Below, in pieces: positions 8,913-18,862 of a stretch of DNA of 64,000 bases (the first letter of the stretch is position 1; each line of letters opens with the position of its first letter). Below the pieces are notes generated by a model, which saw only the letters and a program-made list of their open reading frames with translations, did not search any database and was not told where the DNA came from. This DNA comes from Roseibacillus persicicus (GTDB lineage Bacteria > Verrucomicrobiota > Verrucomicrobiia > Verrucomicrobiales > Akkermansiaceae): positions 89,695-153,694 of the forward strand of contig NZ_BMXI01000002.1 of the NCBI RefSeq assembly GCF_014651675.1, read 5' to 3'. The position numbers and the translations under genes are program-made.

Positions 8913-9983
8913 TCAGAAGGGCAGGATGGTGTATTTGCGCACCTCCTGCCGATCGAGTGATTCGTTGACGAGGTCGAGGCTGTTCTGTCCGTCGAAGAGA
9001 AGCAGGTCGATGTAGGCGTATTGTCTGCCGAGACCGCCGCCGAGTATCCGGCCTGCGTGTTGCTTGTCCAAAGACTCTTGCAGGGCGTCCTCGATTGCCG
9101 CGCGGGTGTCGACTTGTTCGCCGTCGGGGAATTGGGTGATGGGGATTTGGATGAATTGATAGCTGGCCCCAGTGTTGGGAATGGGGTTGTCGAGGGCACC
9201 GTCAGCCTCGTAGTAGTCGAGGGTCACGCTGGGGTTCTGGGTGGTCAGCGTGACCATGTCCTTGCGGGGGGCGTTCTCCTGCGGGTTTTTGAATTGATAG
9301 CCGGTGTAGGAGTCTTCCAGGGGATACTTTTTCCACTGATGCTTCTTTTTAATGAGTTCGACTTGTTCGGGAAGTTCGGAGAGAGGGAAGGAGTCTGCCA
9401 GGCGGTCGTCTTTGATTTCGATTGCTCCCAGCCACTGGCTGACCCCGTTTTCCCCCAAGGCTTCATCGAGCAAAAGAAAGAGGACGTAGTAGGCCTGACT
9501 CTCTTCGATTTCGGCAAAGATGGGAGACCAAGCGGTGATGTGAATCTCCTCTCGCTCCTCATCGATGCTTGGGGTGAGCCAGAGTTCTTTGGCGGCGAGT
9601 TGAAAGTCGCCCACCCGAATCGAGCAGCCATCAAGCTCCAAGGAAGGCTGGCGGGAAGAGTAGAAATGCCAACCCTTGATGTTTGGAGCGTGCTCCAGCC
9701 AATAGCTGGTGAGAAAGAGGTAGTTGAGCATGCCGTCTGGCGAAAGGGTGAAGGAATGTCCCTGCTCCTTGCCTTCGGGATGTGGTCCCAGGACCCAGGC
9801 AAATCCCGAGCCCAAGCGGTTCACTTGTTCGGTGATGGTGGGCTGAATCGCTGCTCCTCCGTCTTGATCCACGCTCTCGCGAATCCAGTCTGCATTCTCG
9901 GCCCACCAGACCCAGAACTCGTTGACGCGTGATTTGAAGGTCGCTTCCTCGACTACCTTTTTCTTCTTTCTAAAGAGATTCAT
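8913..9983 (-). CDS. hypothetical cytoplasmic protein (acidic, Trp-rich N-terminus)
   Basis: 356-aa ORF ending 86 bp upstream of blaI on the same strand. No motifs recognised. Confidence 0.5.
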   Translation of the reverse strand: MNLFRKKKKVVEEATFKSRVNEFWVWWAENADWIRESVDQDGGAAIQPTITEQVNRLGSGFAWVLGPHPEGKEQGHSFTLSPDGMLNYLFLTSYWLEHAPNIKGWHFYSSRQPSLELDGCSIRVGDFQLAAKELWLTPSIDEEREEIHITAWSPIFAEIEESQAYYVLFLLLDEALGENGVSQWLGAIEIKDDRLADSFPLSELPEQVELIKKKHQWKKYPLEDSYTGYQFKNPQENAPRKDMVTLTTQNPSVTLDYYEADGALDNPIPNTGASYQFIQIPITQFPDGEQVDTRAAIEDALQESLDKQHAGRILGGGLGRQYAYIDLLLFDGQNSLDLVNESLDRQEVRKYTILPF

Positions 9984-10075
9984 GAGACGCAGTGAACCAT
10001 CTCAGCCGTCGGGGACCGCTGGCGCAAGCCTTGGCTGTGGGGTTTTTTGCGAGCCCCCGTGGGTAGCTGATGGAC

Positions 10076-10561
10076 CTAGTCGAGCGAAAGGCCGGTCTCC
10101 AGCGCCCGGGAGACGATTGCTTGATAGACTCCGGAGGAGACGAGAACGGCCTGCGCACCGAGGCGACCCACGGACGAAACATTGCGCGGCTCATCGTCGA
10201 AGAACAGCATCTCGGAATAGGGGACTCCGGTCTTTTCCTGCAAGGAGGCAAAGTGAGTGGACTTGTCGCCGGGGTAGATCTCCTCGTGCTCGAAGTAGGA
10301 GCGAATGCCAAACAGTTCCAACAGTTGTCGCGCGATAGGAGGAGCACTGGTCCGCGAGGCCAGCGCGAGAAGGTAGCCCTCGTCTGCTAGATTTTCTAAC
10401 AGAGTCGGCACTTCGTCGTAGAGGCGGACCTCGACTCCATCGGCATCCCGGACCCGGCCTTCCTTGTCCTGCGACAAAGGAGGCCTCAGCTGATCACACC
10501 AGAGGAGGGTGCCGCAGTGCCACAGCGTCAAGTCGAGGTCGAAGACGATCAATTGGGCCAT
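10076..10561 (-). CDS. HAD-superfamily magnesium-dependent phosphatase-1 (MDP-1)-like
   Basis: N-terminal VFDLDLTLW (DxDxT HAD motif I) and a late FFDDEPRN motif. 161 aa. Confidence 0.7.
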   Translation of the reverse strand: MAQLIVFDLDLTLWHCGTLLWCDQLRPPLSQDKEGRVRDADGVEVRLYDEVPTLLENLADEGYLLALASRTSAPPIARQLLELFGIRSYFEHEEIYPGDKSTHFASLQEKTGVPYSEMLFFDDEPRNVSSVGRLGAQAVLVSSGVYQAIVSRALETGLSLD

Positions 10562-10579
10562 GGCTCTTTCTCCCGCGAA

Positions 10580-12061
10580 TTAGTCCTTCTTTTTCAAGAG
10601 CGGGAACAAGACCACGTCGCGGATAGTGGGAGCGCCGGTGAGCATCATGATGAGGCGGTCGATACCGATACCGATTCCGCCCGCGGGGGGCATGCCGTGC
10701 TCGAGGGTCTCGATGAAGTCGTAGTCGACGAGTTGCTCTTCCTCGCCCCCGGCCTGGTGCTCGAGGCGTTGCTTCTGCACGTCGGGGTCGTTGAGCTCGG
10801 AGTATCCGGGCGAGATTTCCTGTCCGTTGATGATGAGCTCGTAGACCTCCACCGTCTTGCCGCCGGGGGTGACTTTGGCCAAAGGAATGAGCTCGCTCGG
10901 GACGCGGGTGACGAAGCAGGGATCGAAGGTGTGTTCCTCGACCTTTTTCTCGAAGACTTGCTGGACGACTTCGTAGTCCTCCATGCCCTCGGAGATTTGA
11001 ACCCCCAATTCGGCGCACTTGGCGCGGCGGGCTTCGGGAGTGATGTCGAAGAAGTCATCGCCGGCCACTTCCTTGACGAGGTCGTGGTAGTTGGCGCGCT
11101 TCCAGGGACGCTCGAGGTTGATGGTGCGGGTCACTTCGCCCTCTTCGTTCTTGTGCTCGATCTGCAGGCCGCCGCAGAAGGTGGCTGCGAGGTGGCAGGT
11201 CATTTCCTCCACCATTTCCGCCATGATCTCGAAGTCGGCAAAGGCTTGATAGGCTTCCAGCATTGTGAACTCGGGATTGTGACGACGGGAGATTCCCTCG
11301 TTACGGAAGTTGCGGTTGAGTTCGAAGATTTTGGTGAAGCCACCCACGAGGAGGCGCTTCAGGAAGAGCTCCGGCGCGATGCGCAGGGTCAGCGCCATGT
11401 TGAGCGCGTTGTGATGAGTCTCGAAGGGGCGGGCGGCGGCGCCACCGGCCACGGATTGCAGCATGGGGGTCTCAACCTCCAGATAGCCGCGCTCATGCAG
11501 GAAGTTCCGAATCTCGGCCACCATGCGGGAACGGGTCACGAAGATTTCCGCGCTGTCCTCGTTGGACATCAGGTCGAGGTGGCGCTTGCGATACTTGGTC
11601 TCGCGGTCGGTCAGGCCCTGCCACTTGTCGGGCATGGGGCGCAGGGCTTTGGAAAGGACGGTGACCTCGGCCACTTGCAGCGAGGGCTCGCCTTTGCCGG
11701 TGGTGAAGGTTTGGCCGGACACTCCAATCCAATCGCCCATGTCGAGGCACTGATAGACGGCCCATTGCTCTTCGCTGAGCTGCTTTTTATTGAGGTAAAT
11801 CTGAATCTGTCCCTCGGCATCGCCCAGGGTGCAGAAGACGCTTTTGCCGAAATCACGAATGGCGAGGACCCGTCCGGCGATGGTCGCGGAGAGCTCGTTC
11901 TCGAAGTTGGCCTTCAGTTCGCCGGGGGTGTGGGTCGTTGCAAAGGATTGACCGTAAGGGTCGTGACCCATCTCGCGAAGTTTGCCCAGCTTCTCGCGCC
12001 GAACGGCAATGAGTTCTTCCACAGTGGACTTGGGCTGGTTGGTTGGGGCGTCGGCGCTCAT
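10580..12061 (-). CDS. lysS: lysine--tRNA ligase (class II)
   Basis: 493 aa with an N-terminal OB anticodon-binding domain and class II motifs 1-3. The C-terminus GGIGIGIDRLIMMLTG is diagnostic. Confidence 0.95.
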   Translation of the reverse strand: MSADAPTNQPKSTVEELIAVRREKLGKLREMGHDPYGQSFATTHTPGELKANFENELSATIAGRVLAIRDFGKSVFCTLGDAEGQIQIYLNKKQLSEEQWAVYQCLDMGDWIGVSGQTFTTGKGEPSLQVAEVTVLSKALRPMPDKWQGLTDRETKYRKRHLDLMSNEDSAEIFVTRSRMVAEIRNFLHERGYLEVETPMLQSVAGGAAARPFETHHNALNMALTLRIAPELFLKRLLVGGFTKIFELNRNFRNEGISRRHNPEFTMLEAYQAFADFEIMAEMVEEMTCHLAATFCGGLQIEHKNEEGEVTRTINLERPWKRANYHDLVKEVAGDDFFDITPEARRAKCAELGVQISEGMEDYEVVQQVFEKKVEEHTFDPCFVTRVPSELIPLAKVTPGGKTVEVYELIINGQEISPGYSELNDPDVQKQRLEHQAGGEEEQLVDYDFIETLEHGMPPAGGIGIGIDRLIMMLTGAPTIRDVVLFPLLKKKD

Positions 12062-12155
12062 GAATTTTTTGGAAAGGGTGGTTATTGTAAAGGATGGCGG
12101 TGATGAACAGGGAAATTAGAGAGGATTTTGGACTTGGCAGAAAAGGCCTGAATTT

Positions 12156-13118
12156 CTAGCGTATGGGTGTCTTTTTGGGGGGAATTGTAGTCCCGCAGGA
12201 TTCCTTCGTGGTGTCCTGCGGGATTGCTACGTCAGGGGCACTCGTTGCGAGGACCGCACGAGGGGCAATGGTGATGCGCCAAGTGGCAAAGAGGGTCAAG
12301 ATCGCACCGATGATCTCGATGATCGAAAAGCTCTCTGAAAAGAGAACGAACCCTCCCGCTCCCGTCAAAACCGGGATCAACATCTGAATCGCCGAGCCTT
12401 GTGCCACGTCCAGATGGTAGAAGCCCTTGGTGATGAGAATCTGGCCATAGGCCACGATGCCGCCTCCCAGCATCAGCAGGAACCAGATGAACGGCGTCGT
12501 CTCGCCAAAGGAAGGCATCGCCAGCGGGGTGGTGACGAGCAGGGTGATGATGCATTGCCCCGAATAAATGGTGGGCGCGGTCTCCGTCTGGGTCAGCTTG
12601 CGAATCACCACCACCGTGGCCCCGGCTAGCACTGCGCCAGCCAGCCCCAGCAAATCGTAACCTCCGAAGGTCGCGTTCTGCAGGCTTTCCGAGAAAAACA
12701 AACCCAGACCAATCATCGCCAAAATCAGCAGGCCCAGAGTGGCGGGGTGGGGTTTTTCCTTCAGGACGAGGGCGGCAATGATGGCGCCAAAGAGCGGGTA
12801 AGTCAGGTTGATCACCATCGCCCGCCCAGCCCCCAGATGGATGAGGGTGAAGTAGAGCATCGTGATCGTGGTCACTCCTAAGAAGCCGCGCAAGATGATC
12901 ATGGGCTTGCGCAAATGGCTCAGGTGCAGACCCCGTCCCCGCGAGTAAACCGCAATTACGAAAATGGTCCCGGCAAGGCCACGGGTGAAGGACGACATCC
13001 AGCCATCAACCGACGCGAAGAGCCCAACCCAGCGAATGATGAGACAATTCACTGAGAAAAAGACAACGGACAAGAGCATCAGGACGATGCCTTTGCGGAT
13101 TGAGACTGGTTCGTTCAT
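12156..13118 (-). CDS. EamA/DMT-family transporter
   Basis: 10-TM protein with duplicated EamA halves. Start taken at the internal ATG (MNEPVSIRKG); the ORF extends to 13160. Confidence 0.75.
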   Translation of the reverse strand: MNEPVSIRKGIVLMLLSVVFFSVNCLIIRWVGLFASVDGWMSSFTRGLAGTIFVIAVYSRGRGLHLSHLRKPMIILRGFLGVTTITMLYFTLIHLGAGRAMVINLTYPLFGAIIAALVLKEKPHPATLGLLILAMIGLGLFFSESLQNATFGGYDLLGLAGAVLAGATVVVIRKLTQTETAPTIYSGQCIITLLVTTPLAMPSFGETTPFIWFLLMLGGGIVAYGQILITKGFYHLDVAQGSAIQMLIPVLTGAGGFVLFSESFSIIEIIGAILTLFATWRITIAPRAVLATSAPDVAIPQDTTKESCGTTIPPKKTPIR

Positions 13119-13379
13119 GTTCGGTAGGGTTGGAGGCCGAACAGGAGGAAGAGGTGACAACTTAAAACTCCGGTTCGGATTGAGGTTCCGGAGTTGGTGA
13201 TGATTTGTTCTATCTCACAACGACTCCAGCTCCCGTCGGCCAAATAAGGGCGACGCGAATCTTGAGAGGTTTGAGAAGGAGGGCGGTCACTGCGGCGCTG
13301 ATGTGCCCTGAATGCTACGAATTGTCAAGAATGCGACGCTTGAAAAAAGGCTCAGTGAACGGAGGAACAGATAGGCAAG

Positions 13380-13534
13380 CCGGGAACTTGGTATCTGGAT
13401 ATTTGCGTAGTTATTTTTCAGAAGAGTTCATATTTTTTATTAAGTTTTTCGGGGCGAAAATGCTTTTTTAGTAAACGCCTTCTGATTGTTAGAAAGTCCT
13501 TGAATGTCTAACTCAAAAGAGTAAATTTCTTTTT
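13380..13534 (+). promoter_or_regulatory. AT-rich upstream region, likely promoter of the secreted-protein cluster
   Basis: Compositionally a strong AT-rich outlier (ttattaagtttttcggggcgaaaatgcttttttagtaaacg...) immediately 5' of 13535. Confidence 0.3.
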
Positions 13535-14227
13535 ATGACACGAATGTTCCTTGGGGTTTGTGCTGCTCTTTCTTCTGTGGCGCTCGTCTCGGCCGATGTA
13601 GGGGAATCAGATTCTTATCATATATCAATTTGGGTGCCGGGGATGGAGGAGCCCCAAGAATTCAGTTCGGCGGGAGAACCGTTGAAAATCGTGTTGGAGG
13701 AAAAGTGTTGGGCTTATGTGATCAAAGGGATTGCAGGTTCCATCACGTTGGGAGAACAGAGCGAAGAAGGTGATTTTTATTCTTTCGGGCAAGAGCAGGA
13801 AGGTCGTTGGGATGGGCAATCGTCGTGGGCAAGCTTCGGGCTTGGGGTGAACGGAAGCCCGCTCTTGGAACCCGACTTGTTTTTCTCCGTAACAGGCGAT
13901 GCTCCCGGGGATAAGAGTGACTTTACCATCGCCTCTCTCGAGGATTTGTATGTGCTTCAGGCAGACTCTGACGGTCAGTTGGCCATCTCCTTTTCCCCTT
14001 TGGTCAACGATGCTCTTTTCCCCGAGGGCGAAGGAGTTGCCAATGTGAATCCTACCATTCAGCTGACTCTTCTTGCGGATTTCTATCGCGATCCTCCCGA
14101 GACTTCGGGTGATTTGAGAACCAGTGGATTGTTATCCTCGCGGAGCGGAAGGGTGACTCTCTCGTGGGATTTTACCCGAGGAGAAGAAGTTCCTTCTTCC
14201 CGCAGATTGGATCTGGCCTCGCTCTAG
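13535..14227 (+). CDS. hypothetical secreted protein
   Basis: 230 aa with signal peptide MTRMFLGVCAALSSVALVSADVG. Acidic. Confidence 0.5.
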   Translation: MTRMFLGVCAALSSVALVSADVGESDSYHISIWVPGMEEPQEFSSAGEPLKIVLEEKCWAYVIKGIAGSITLGEQSEEGDFYSFGQEQEGRWDGQSSWASFGLGVNGSPLLEPDLFFSVTGDAPGDKSDFTIASLEDLYVLQADSDGQLAISFSPLVNDALFPEGEGVANVNPTIQLTLLADFYRDPPETSGDLRTSGLLSSRSGRVTLSWDFTRGEEVPSSRRLDLASL

Positions 14228-14264
14228 CGATTGAGGCCGGTTTCTTTCCAACCATCGAACCAGT

Positions 14265-14747
14265 ATGAAGAATACGCTACTATTCCTGCTCGTTCTGCTG
14301 CCACTCGTCGAAGTGGGGGCTGAACCTCAAAAGGCCATTCCCACGTGGAGTGCTTTGGCAACTCGACCCAAGCCCACAGGGATGGACTTTGAAAAGCAAT
14401 TTCGAAATCGCTACAAATATCTCGTCAGCAAAGAATTCTGCACCCGAGTGCCTCGTCAGAGTATTCTCCACCTGCCTGACCAGTATCGGGAGATGGTGGC
14501 GGATGCACCCCAAGGGCGACAAGTGAGTTGGATCGAGTTTCTTTCCGCGAATCGGAGTTGGCTCCGGCATAGCGAAGTGACTTGGTCCCAAGTTCTTGCC
14601 AAGCAGCCCTTGGCAAAAGAGTTGCGTGAGAATTTCGAGAAACACGGGTGCTTGGTGATAGCCACATATCAAGGTGGGCCGGTGACGGTTCTGCCATTCT
14701 TGGACAAGTCGGTTGACTCAAAAGTGATGGAGGTGGCATCCGAATGA
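14265..14747 (+). CDS. hypothetical secreted protein
   Basis: 160 aa with signal peptide MKNTLLFLLVLLPLVEVGAEP. Its stop overlaps the next start (ATGA). Confidence 0.5.
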   Translation: MKNTLLFLLVLLPLVEVGAEPQKAIPTWSALATRPKPTGMDFEKQFRNRYKYLVSKEFCTRVPRQSILHLPDQYREMVADAPQGRQVSWIEFLSANRSWLRHSEVTWSQVLAKQPLAKELRENFEKHGCLVIATYQGGPVTVLPFLDKSVDSKVMEVASE

Positions 14748-15838
14748 AGGGTCGTTCTTTACTTTCTCTCTGGATCCTTGTGACGGTGCTGACCTTCTCA
14801 GCCCGTGCGGAGCCGCAAAACTGTGATGCTTGGATCTCCCAGAATTTGATTACTCTTTTGGGGCAAACCGTGACTTATGAAAGTCCTCTTTATACCGAGA
14901 AGGGGAGTATGCAGTCGGTGCCGATGAATGGCTTGATGGCGCGTTTCGACCTCTATGTCTATCCCTTGGCTGGGATTGATGGGGCACCCCCCAAGCCAAC
15001 AATCGTCGATACCGAGGTCACTGGAATCCTCCCGCGAGTCGTTATGGAGTTCGACGGTCGCGACCCTCATGAAGAGCCAAGGACTCGTTCGGATTGGACT
15101 CACACCGTCACCACCACAATCCTCGATAGCCCGCTCCGGTTTCGTAATCCGCTTTCTCTTCCTTTGCCCGGTTGGTTGAGCCAGTTTGTGATGAGGAAAC
15201 GCTTTCTGGCTGCGGAGCACATTGGGGCCGAGGACAGTGAAGATCATTGGGAAGAATATGAATGCCTCCCGGTTCTGCATGTGAGTCTCAATCAGGAAAT
15301 CACTTTCTCCGACAATGCCTGGCCCCCAAATCTTCAGGAAGATGAGCGCGACACCTGGTCTGGAATTATCGAGTATCAACTGGCGCTGGATGCGGTGTTG
15401 GGTTGCCCCGTGCCCCTGCTGACGCTGGCCCGGATGCAGGTGCGGGTCTGGCCGAAATGGACAACCGACTTTGTCAACTTTCCGTCGACTCCCGTTCCGC
15501 AGTTGCCCGATGATATGCGTGTGGATGTGGGAGATATCTACCCCGCGAGTGAAAAAGTGATCGTCGAGTATTTCTATGATCCGAATGGAACCGGCGACTA
15601 CGAAGACCTCGTGCCGGTCAATCTTTTCGACGAGCCTTGGGTGGCCAGTGTGGCTCAGGACCGCAAATACCCGCTCGCCGCGTTATCGGAAAAGACCGGG
15701 GAGGGGGATTACTATGTTCGGGTCGGGTGCCTGCTTTTCGGAGAGATGGAATATGCCGATGATTGGGCTGGTTTGCAAAAGATGACTCTCAAAGAGAACA
15801 AGCTCTCCCTTCGCGCCGGCCTGTATGCTCTTGAGTGA
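14744..15838 (+). CDS. hypothetical secreted protein
   Basis: 364 aa with signal peptide MKGRSLLSLWILVTVLTFSARAEP. 4-bp overlap with the upstream gene. Confidence 0.5.
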   Translation: MKGRSLLSLWILVTVLTFSARAEPQNCDAWISQNLITLLGQTVTYESPLYTEKGSMQSVPMNGLMARFDLYVYPLAGIDGAPPKPTIVDTEVTGILPRVVMEFDGRDPHEEPRTRSDWTHTVTTTILDSPLRFRNPLSLPLPGWLSQFVMRKRFLAAEHIGAEDSEDHWEEYECLPVLHVSLNQEITFSDNAWPPNLQEDERDTWSGIIEYQLALDAVLGCPVPLLTLARMQVRVWPKWTTDFVNFPSTPVPQLPDDMRVDVGDIYPASEKVIVEYFYDPNGTGDYEDLVPVNLFDEPWVASVAQDRKYPLAALSEKTGEGDYYVRVGCLLFGEMEYADDWAGLQKMTLKENKLSLRAGLYALE

Positions 15839-15890
15839 CCGGTCTTCTTGCTTTCTTTTCCACTGAGGACTCCTCACCCTTTTTGACTTT

Positions 15891-16304
15891 ATGAAAAACC
15901 TATTCGCCCTGATCCTTCTTCTAATCTGTAGTTCATCTCTGGCGGATGCCGCTGATCCCATCTTGGGCCTTTGGAAGAAATCCGATGGTCAGGCCACCAT
16001 CCAAATCACTATTGAGAAAGGGAAACTCGTCGGGCGGGTCACCGCAGCCAAAGACACGACCCGGACTCATGATACCAAGAATCCGGATCCCAAGCTGCGA
16101 AATCGCAAGATCATAGGGCTGCCTGTGGTCTGGGGTTTTTACAAGAAGGATGGCAAGTGGGAGGGTGGTCGAGTTTACGACTCCTCCAATGGAAAGACTT
16201 ATCAGGGTAAGATTTGGTTGGAAGGAAACGACAAGATGATGATGCGCGGCTTCAAAGGAGTTTCCCTGCTTGGTCGTTCGGCAGAGTGGTATCGGGTGAA
16301 GTGA
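15891..16304 (+). CDS. DUF2147-family secreted protein
   Basis: 137 aa. Signal peptide plus ADPILGLWKKSDGQATIQI...GKIWLEGNDKMMMRGF matches the DUF2147 pattern. Confidence 0.65.
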   Translation: MKNLFALILLLICSSSLADAADPILGLWKKSDGQATIQITIEKGKLVGRVTAAKDTTRTHDTKNPDPKLRNRKIIGLPVVWGFYKKDGKWEGGRVYDSSNGKTYQGKIWLEGNDKMMMRGFKGVSLLGRSAEWYRVK

Positions 16305-16360
16305 GCTTTTTTGACAGGCTCCTGATGGACCTTTTGGATTAGTTTTGTTGAAGTTGGTTC

Positions 16361-16804
16361 ATGAAGTTCAGTTTGGCTATTTCGCTATTACTGCTGGCCT
16401 TGGGGGTGAGCTCTTGTGGCCGGTATCAGAGTCATTTGCACGAGTCCGCCACCTGGCGCGCCTATCGCAATGGAAAGTCGGACGAACTTCCCGCCGCAGA
16501 GATTGTTCAGGGAGAGCGGCTGTTGGCCTTTGAGCATATCGTTGGTTTGCCCGTGCCCGGTGGATACAATGCGACCTTGGTCGCCAAGGATCCCGAACTC
16601 GTTCGGGTGGAATACGTCACCGTAAACAGGGGTTCCCGCACCTACGTAACTGGCCTGCAGCCCGGAGAGACCCGGCTCTATCTCGTCAATGGATTTGCGG
16701 TTGGGAATCAAATCCACCAGGGAGCAAGCGCTGTGGAAGACCAAATCACGAAACATACCCCGACCTTTCCTCTAGTCATCAAGCCGTCCCAAACGGGCTC
16801 CTAG
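16361..16804 (+). CDS. hypothetical lipoprotein
   Basis: 147 aa with lipobox-like LLALGVSSCG. Confidence 0.5.
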   Translation: MKFSLAISLLLLALGVSSCGRYQSHLHESATWRAYRNGKSDELPAAEIVQGERLLAFEHIVGLPVPGGYNATLVAKDPELVRVEYVTVNRGSRTYVTGLQPGETRLYLVNGFAVGNQIHQGASAVEDQITKHTPTFPLVIKPSQTGS

Positions 16805-16966
16805 GTCGAAAAAGCCATGGTTCGAGGCTGATTTCCCCGGAATCTGGAGGCTCTTTTGACAAAGATTGCCGTCATTTTGCCGTTTTCTTGTAACTGAGCG
16901 CCTTTTTCGGAGGAAAACCCCGTTTTTCTAGCCTTTCTCAGCATTTCAGCTTAGGAAGGCCCCGAT

Positions 16967-17923
16967 ATGGCAAGCCAATTAGAGCAACTCAAGCAATACA
17001 CCAAAGTCGTGGCTGATACCGGCGACTTTGAGTCCATGAAGGAATACCAGCCCCTGGATGCGACCACCAATCCGTCGCTCATCCTGCAAGCTGCCGAAAA
17101 GCCAGAATACAAACACCTGGTGGAAAAGGCTGTTAGCGAGCTCAAGGATTCCGGCAAATCCGGCGATGAGCTGGTTGAAGCCATCATCGACCGTGTTCTC
17201 ATTCTCTTCGGTCTCGAAATCCTGAAAATCGTTCCCGGCCGAGTGTCTACCGAGACCGATGCCCGTCTTTCTTTCGACAAGGAAGGCACCATCGCCAAGG
17301 CCCGCCAGCTCATCGAGATGTATGAGGCGGAGGGAATCTCCAAGGATCGCGTTCTCATCAAGATTGCTTCTACTTGGGAAGGGATCAAGGCCGCCGAGGA
17401 ACTCGAGAAGGAAGGCATCCACTGCAACCTCACTCTTCTTTTCGCATTCGCGCAAGCCGTTGCCTGTGCGGAGGCGAAGGTCCAGCTCATCTCTCCGTTC
17501 GTTGGCCGCATCTATGATTGGTACAAGAAGGACACCGGCATCGACTACGTCGGAGCCGAGGACCCCGGCGTCCAGTCGGTGCAGAACATCTACAACTACT
17601 ACAAGAAGTTCGGTTACGAGACCGAGGTCATGGGGGCTTCCTTCCGCAACAAAGGTCAAATCACCGAATTGACCGGTTGCGACCTCCTCACCATCTCTCC
17701 CAAGTTGTTGGAAGAACTCCAGAACGACGATGCGTCTCTCGAGCCTCGCCTGACTGCCGAGACTGCAGCTTCCTACGAGGGAGAGCAGATCAGCCTCGAC
17801 GAGAAAGGGTTCCGTTTTCTCTTCAATGAAGACGCCATGGCGACTGAAAAGACCGCTCAGGGCATTCGCGCGTTCTCCGCTGACATCGTCAAGCTGGAGA
17901 ACCTCATCAAGGAACTGCTCTAA
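16967..17923 (+). CDS. tal: transaldolase
   Basis: 318 aa. N-terminal [36 protein letters not shown] and the active-site lysine region [28 protein letters not shown] are textbook TalB. Confidence 0.95.
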   Translation: MASQLEQLKQYTKVVADTGDFESMKEYQPLDATTNPSLILQAAEKPEYKHLVEKAVSELKDSGKSGDELVEAIIDRVLILFGLEILKIVPGRVSTETDARLSFDKEGTIAKARQLIEMYEAEGISKDRVLIKIASTWEGIKAAEELEKEGIHCNLTLLFAFAQAVACAEAKVQLISPFVGRIYDWYKKDTGIDYVGAEDPGVQSVQNIYNYYKKFGYETEVMGASFRNKGQITELTGCDLLTISPKLLEELQNDDASLEPRLTAETAASYEGEQISLDEKGFRFLFNEDAMATEKTAQGIRAFSADIVKLENLIKELL

Positions 17924-17956
17924 GGCACTCCCTGATGTGAGATGAATCTTCTCCAA

Positions 17957-17984
17957 GCGCCCCGCATCTCGCGGGGCGTTTTTG
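17957..17984 (+). terminator. rho-independent terminator downstream of tal
   Basis: gcgccccgc atctc gcggggcg followed by TTTTT. Confidence 0.55.
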
Positions 17985-18010
17985 CGTCCGGAGGGGACGC
18001 CGTTGGGACC

Positions 18011-18748
18011 TTAGTAATTTTGCAGATGATATTCCTCGGACTCGTCCTTCATCTGGTGCAGCAGAACAAACTTCCCGGCCCCAGAGAGGAGAATGATGAG
18101 ACCGATACCCAGAGGAAAGAGAATGAGCTGTTGGGTCCCGATCATCCCGATGGCGACGATGGTCAGCAGGATTGGAAAGATGAGTATGTCTCTCAGTTGG
18201 AAGGTGGCTTCCATGAGCTTCTCCACTGGGCTGGATGCGGGTAACTCCTCCGCAATGGGCCATTCATAGAGATGGAAGGATTGACCGGATAGGCGGGTGG
18301 GCCGAGTCATGTCCACTTCCAGAGGATGGTCTGTTAGATGCTTTTGGAGAGATTCGGTGGGGGTGACATCGCTTGTCTTGGCTCCGCCAGAAACCCGCAC
18401 GACGGAGCGTGAGGGCAGGTTGCGAACTTCGTATTCACCAGTCTCTCCCAAGTCGCTCGCTTTCTGTAAAACCAGACCAACGAAGAGGGTATTTTCTTTG
18501 TGGTTCCACTCGCGAACCACAACCGTAGAGCGCTGCTCCTTTGAGCGGACAAAGGCGTTGGCATCGATGAGAAACTTGCTGATTTCTTCCTTGCTCGTTT
18601 TTTCCGGAAAGGTTCGCCCGACCACCTGACAAGGTTTGGTGCGGAAGGTTCTCACCCAATGATAAAGAGAGCCGCGTGCTTTGATTCCCAAGACCCAAGC
18701 GACAAGAAAAAGTCCTAACAAGAGAGTCAACCAAAAGAGAATGATCAT
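18011..18748 (-). CDS. hypothetical membrane protein (N- and C-terminal TM segments)
   Basis: 245 aa. MIILFWLTLLLGLFLVAWVLGI at the N-terminus and ILIFPILLTIVAIGMIGTQQLILFPLGIGLIILL near the C-terminus. Confidence 0.45.
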   Translation of the reverse strand: MIILFWLTLLLGLFLVAWVLGIKARGSLYHWVRTFRTKPCQVVGRTFPEKTSKEEISKFLIDANAFVRSKEQRSTVVVREWNHKENTLFVGLVLQKASDLGETGEYEVRNLPSRSVVRVSGGAKTSDVTPTESLQKHLTDHPLEVDMTRPTRLSGQSFHLYEWPIAEELPASSPVEKLMEATFQLRDILIFPILLTIVAIGMIGTQQLILFPLGIGLIILLSGAGKFVLLHQMKDESEEYHLQNY

Positions 18749-18862
18749 TTCGGCGAACGGTAATCCTCCGACGGGGGTCTGCCAAACGTTAAAAAGACTC
18801 CAGCAGCAGGTTTCCCTGCTGCTGAAGCCCCGTCATGTATTCTCACTCGAGAAATTGAGTGA

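Noticed and set aside
10517-12103. 528-aa + strand ORF covering all of lysS
   Set aside because: lysS on the - strand has unmistakable class II aaRS motifs. This ORF is a GC-rich antisense artefact with low-complexity Gly/Ala/Glu/Leu content.
16979-17956. 325-aa - strand ORF antisense to tal
   Set aside because: tal is textbook transaldolase. The antisense ORF has no motifs and is typical of high-GC mirror frames.
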